Of a DNA stretch of 32,000 nucleotides, positions 30,099-32,000 are shown piece by piece. The notes beneath the pieces are model-generated. The model was not told the DNA's origin, ran no database searches, and saw nothing but the letters and a program-made list of their open reading frames with translations. The position numbers and the translations under genes were made by a program. The DNA is from Candidatus Saccharimonadota bacterium (GTDB lineage: Bacteria > Pseudomonadota > Alphaproteobacteria > Rickettsiales > Anaplasmataceae). The stretch's first letter is position 1. The number at the start of each line of letters is the position of its first letter. The stretch lies in contig CP085695.1 in NCBI GenBank assembly GCA_029715105.1, forward strand, positions 660,001 to 692,000, in the 5' to 3' direction.

Positions 30099-32000
30099 AT
30101 GCAACAAAAAACACCAATAACTAACATTAGATTTGAAAAATCTAACAACCATCTAGCAACTTTAGAAAAAATTGATTTAGATTTCATTCCATATGCCTGT
30201 CATTACGACAAAGAAACTATACTAACAAAACAAGGAGAATTATTAAAAATAATTAAATTAGAAAATTACTCCTATGTTAATAATTGTAGTGACCTCAGGA
30301 CAGAAATTAGAAATAGTATATCAAAAAATATTAATGATAATTTATACTTCACAGTTTGGATTCACACTATCAGAAAACTTAATAAATTAAACTTAAAATG
30401 GAACAAAACTGGAGATTTTTCTGATAAATTACATCTAGAATGGCTTAACAAACTAAATAGTAAGCTACTATATATAAATGAACTGTATATAGTAATATTA
30501 CTTAGCAATTTTTACAAAGAAACTAACAACTTATTTTTTTTAAATAGAATTAAAAATCAACACAAATTATTTTTACAAGAAAACTACCAAAAATTACAAA
30601 TTGTAACTGATTTAATTCAAAATGATTTAAAGCCTTTCGGAGCTAAAAAGCTCGGTATGAGATTTATTAGTAAATCTAAAAAAATTTACTCTGAAATGAT
30701 AGAATTTCTTCATTATATTACTACATTAACTCATAAGAACTATTTAATACATGAAAAAGACCTATCACAGTACATTAAAAATATGAAAATAGCTTTTGGT
30801 TTTAATACTTTTCAAATAGTTTTTGAAAACCAAAAAAAATTTGGTTCTATCTTTTGCATAAAAGAGTACCGAGAAATCCCCTTAGAAAATATAAATAAAT
30901 GTTTACAACTTGATTCTGAATTTATTATTACAGAAATAATAATATTCACCAATAATAATAAGGCAATTAAAGAATTTAAAAAACAAATCAATATCCTTCA
31001 AATTAGTGAAGATAACGTTTTACTTAAAAATTCAGAAATTAAAGAAACAATAAAACTAGAAAAAATTTCCTCTGCAAATTTTTGCCAACAAAAAATTATT
31101 TTTACAATTTTTGCTAACGATAAAAAAAAACTAATTAAAAACATTAACAATCTATCTACTATAATGTCACTAGTAGGTCTAATGATGTTTAGAACTGATT
31201 TACACATGGAAGATCATTTTTGGGCACAACTTCCAGGCAACTTTGTTTTTATTAAACAACCGAAAAATATGCTAAAAAAATACACTTGCAGTTTTGCAAT
31301 GCTACATGATTTTACATCAGGTACATTAAAAGGAGGAAAATGGAAGGAGGCAATAACTATCTTTTTTTCAAAAAAAGGAAATCCTTACTTTTTTAACTTC
31401 CATGCAAGAAAAAATAACGGTCATACTACTATACTTGGTACTCAAAATTCAGGCAGAACTTCTCTAATTAATTTTCTATTATCAGAATCAAGAAAATTTG
31501 ACCCTAGAATTGTAATTCTAGATAATACAGGAAAATCAACAATTTTTACTAAAGTAGTAAATGGCAAATATTATACAATTGATCCAAAACACAAAAATAA
31601 AAGTCTAAAATTTAATCCACTAAATATCGAAGATAACATTTCTAATCGTAATATGCTAATTGAATTAATTAAAAGAATGATAGCTAATAATATAGATTCT
31701 CTAGATCTAGAAAAAAAAATAAAAAAAACTGTAAATTATATATTTTCTATACCAAGAAAATATCGCTCTATTTCTCGAATTTCTAAAATGCTCTTACCGT
31801 TAGGTGGTGAAATAAGTAAATGGTGTCATGGCGAATTTTCTTATTTGCTTCAAGATGGCAATGAATCTAATATAGACTGGAAAACAAAAATTATATCTAT
31901 TAACACGTCAAATCTCATAAAACAAAAAGAATGTATGCATGTTGTACTTTACTATTTATTATACTCTTTCGAAACAAAATGTGATGGCTCACCAACAATA
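30099..32000 (+). CDS. virB4: Type IV secretion ATPase VirB4, N-terminal 634 codons (continues beyond the right edge)
   Basis: My translation from ATG 30099 stays open to 32000 and exactly in frame, so it is absent from the ORF track. It starts MQQKTPITNIRFEKSNNHLATLEKIDLDFIPYACHYDKETILTKQGELLKIIKLE. Further on it reads DHFWAQLPGNFVFIKQP, FAMLHDFTSG and NGHTTILGTQNSGRTSLINFLL (Walker A region). This is collinear with VirB4/TrbE/CagE proteins. Confidence 0.85.
   Translation, partial: MQQKTPITNIRFEKSNNHLATLEKIDLDFIPYACHYDKETILTKQGELLKIIKLENYSYVNNCSDLRTEIRNSISKNINDNLYFTVWIHTIRKLNKLNLKWNKTGDFSDKLHLEWLNKLNSKLLYINELYIVILLSNFYKETNNLFFLNRIKNQHKLFLQENYQKLQIVTDLIQNDLKPFGAKKLGMRFISKSKKIYSEMIEFLHYITTLTHKNYLIHEKDLSQYIKNMKIAFGFNTFQIVFENQKKFGSIFCIKEYREIPLENINKCLQLDSEFIITEIIIFTNNNKAIKEFKKQINILQISEDNVLLKNSEIKETIKLEKISSANFCQQKIIFTIFANDKKKLIKNINNLSTIMSLVGLMMFRTDLHMEDHFWAQLPGNFVFIKQPKNMLKKYTCSFAMLHDFTSGTLKGGKWKEAITIFFSKKGNPYFFNFHARKNNGHTTILGTQNSGRTSLINFLLSESRKFDPRIVILDNTGKSTIFTKVVNGKYYTIDPKHKNKSLKFNPLNIEDNISNRNMLIELIKRMIANNIDSLDLEKKIKKTVNYIFSIPRKYRSISRISKMLLPLGGEISKWCHGEFSYLLQDGNESNIDWKTKIISINTSNLIKQKECMHVVLYYLLYSFETKCDGSPTI

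Noticed and set aside
1-32000. Search for CRISPR arrays, tandem repeats, IS elements, integrases, phage genes, toxin-antitoxin or other defence modules, and additional structured RNAs (tmRNA, RNase P, SRP, 6S)
   Set aside because: I saw no repeat-spacer periodicity, no direct tandem duplication, no transposase or integrase-like ORF, and no GC-rich structured patch other than the two tRNAs. A manual scan cannot exclude degenerate or AT-rich RNAs, so an Rfam/Infernal scan and a tandem-repeat finder are still needed.

Overview
This window is very AT-rich and resembles a reduced obligate-intracellular alphaproteobacterial chromosome (Rickettsiales, Anaplasmataceae-like). I base that on gene content: rvh-type VirB4, Rieske PetA, enolase, asd, an argB-like gene and scattered single-gene units. 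I cannot assign a genus without a database search.

I can support 23 protein-coding genes and 2 tRNAs.
- Minus strand: pyrG (5' fragment at the left edge), secG, an alpha/beta-hydrolase esterase, obg, eno, murC, one orphan 285-aa ORF, prfA, tRNA-Val(UAC), ftsA, tRNA-Lys(UUU), pheS.
- Plus strand: rlpA, asd, an argB-like gene, iscS, gyrA, petA, def, a family-4 uracil-DNA glycosylase, ribE, cvpA, a nitronate-monooxygenase/FabK-family flavoprotein, a small VirB2-like membrane ORF, and virB4 (runs off the right edge and is absent from the ORF track).

By my coordinate arithmetic only about 69% of the window is coding. Eleven spacers exceed 500 bp. I saw no CRISPR array, IS/transposase, integrase, prophage, rRNA, recognisable defence system or convincing tandem repeat.

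Items most worth a second look:
1. The isolated T4SS fragment, where the VirB4 Walker A reads GTQNSGRT (Lys to Arg).
2. The orphan 285-aa protein sitting between long spacers, a possible secreted effector.
3. The GyrA QRDR, which carries Met and Asn at the E. coli Ser83 and Asp87 positions.
4. The intact argB-like ORF that has lost the glycine motifs of acetylglutamate kinase.
5. The long, G-depleted spacers, which keep the same polarity across the whole window.

All product calls rest on motif recognition by eye, with no search tools.
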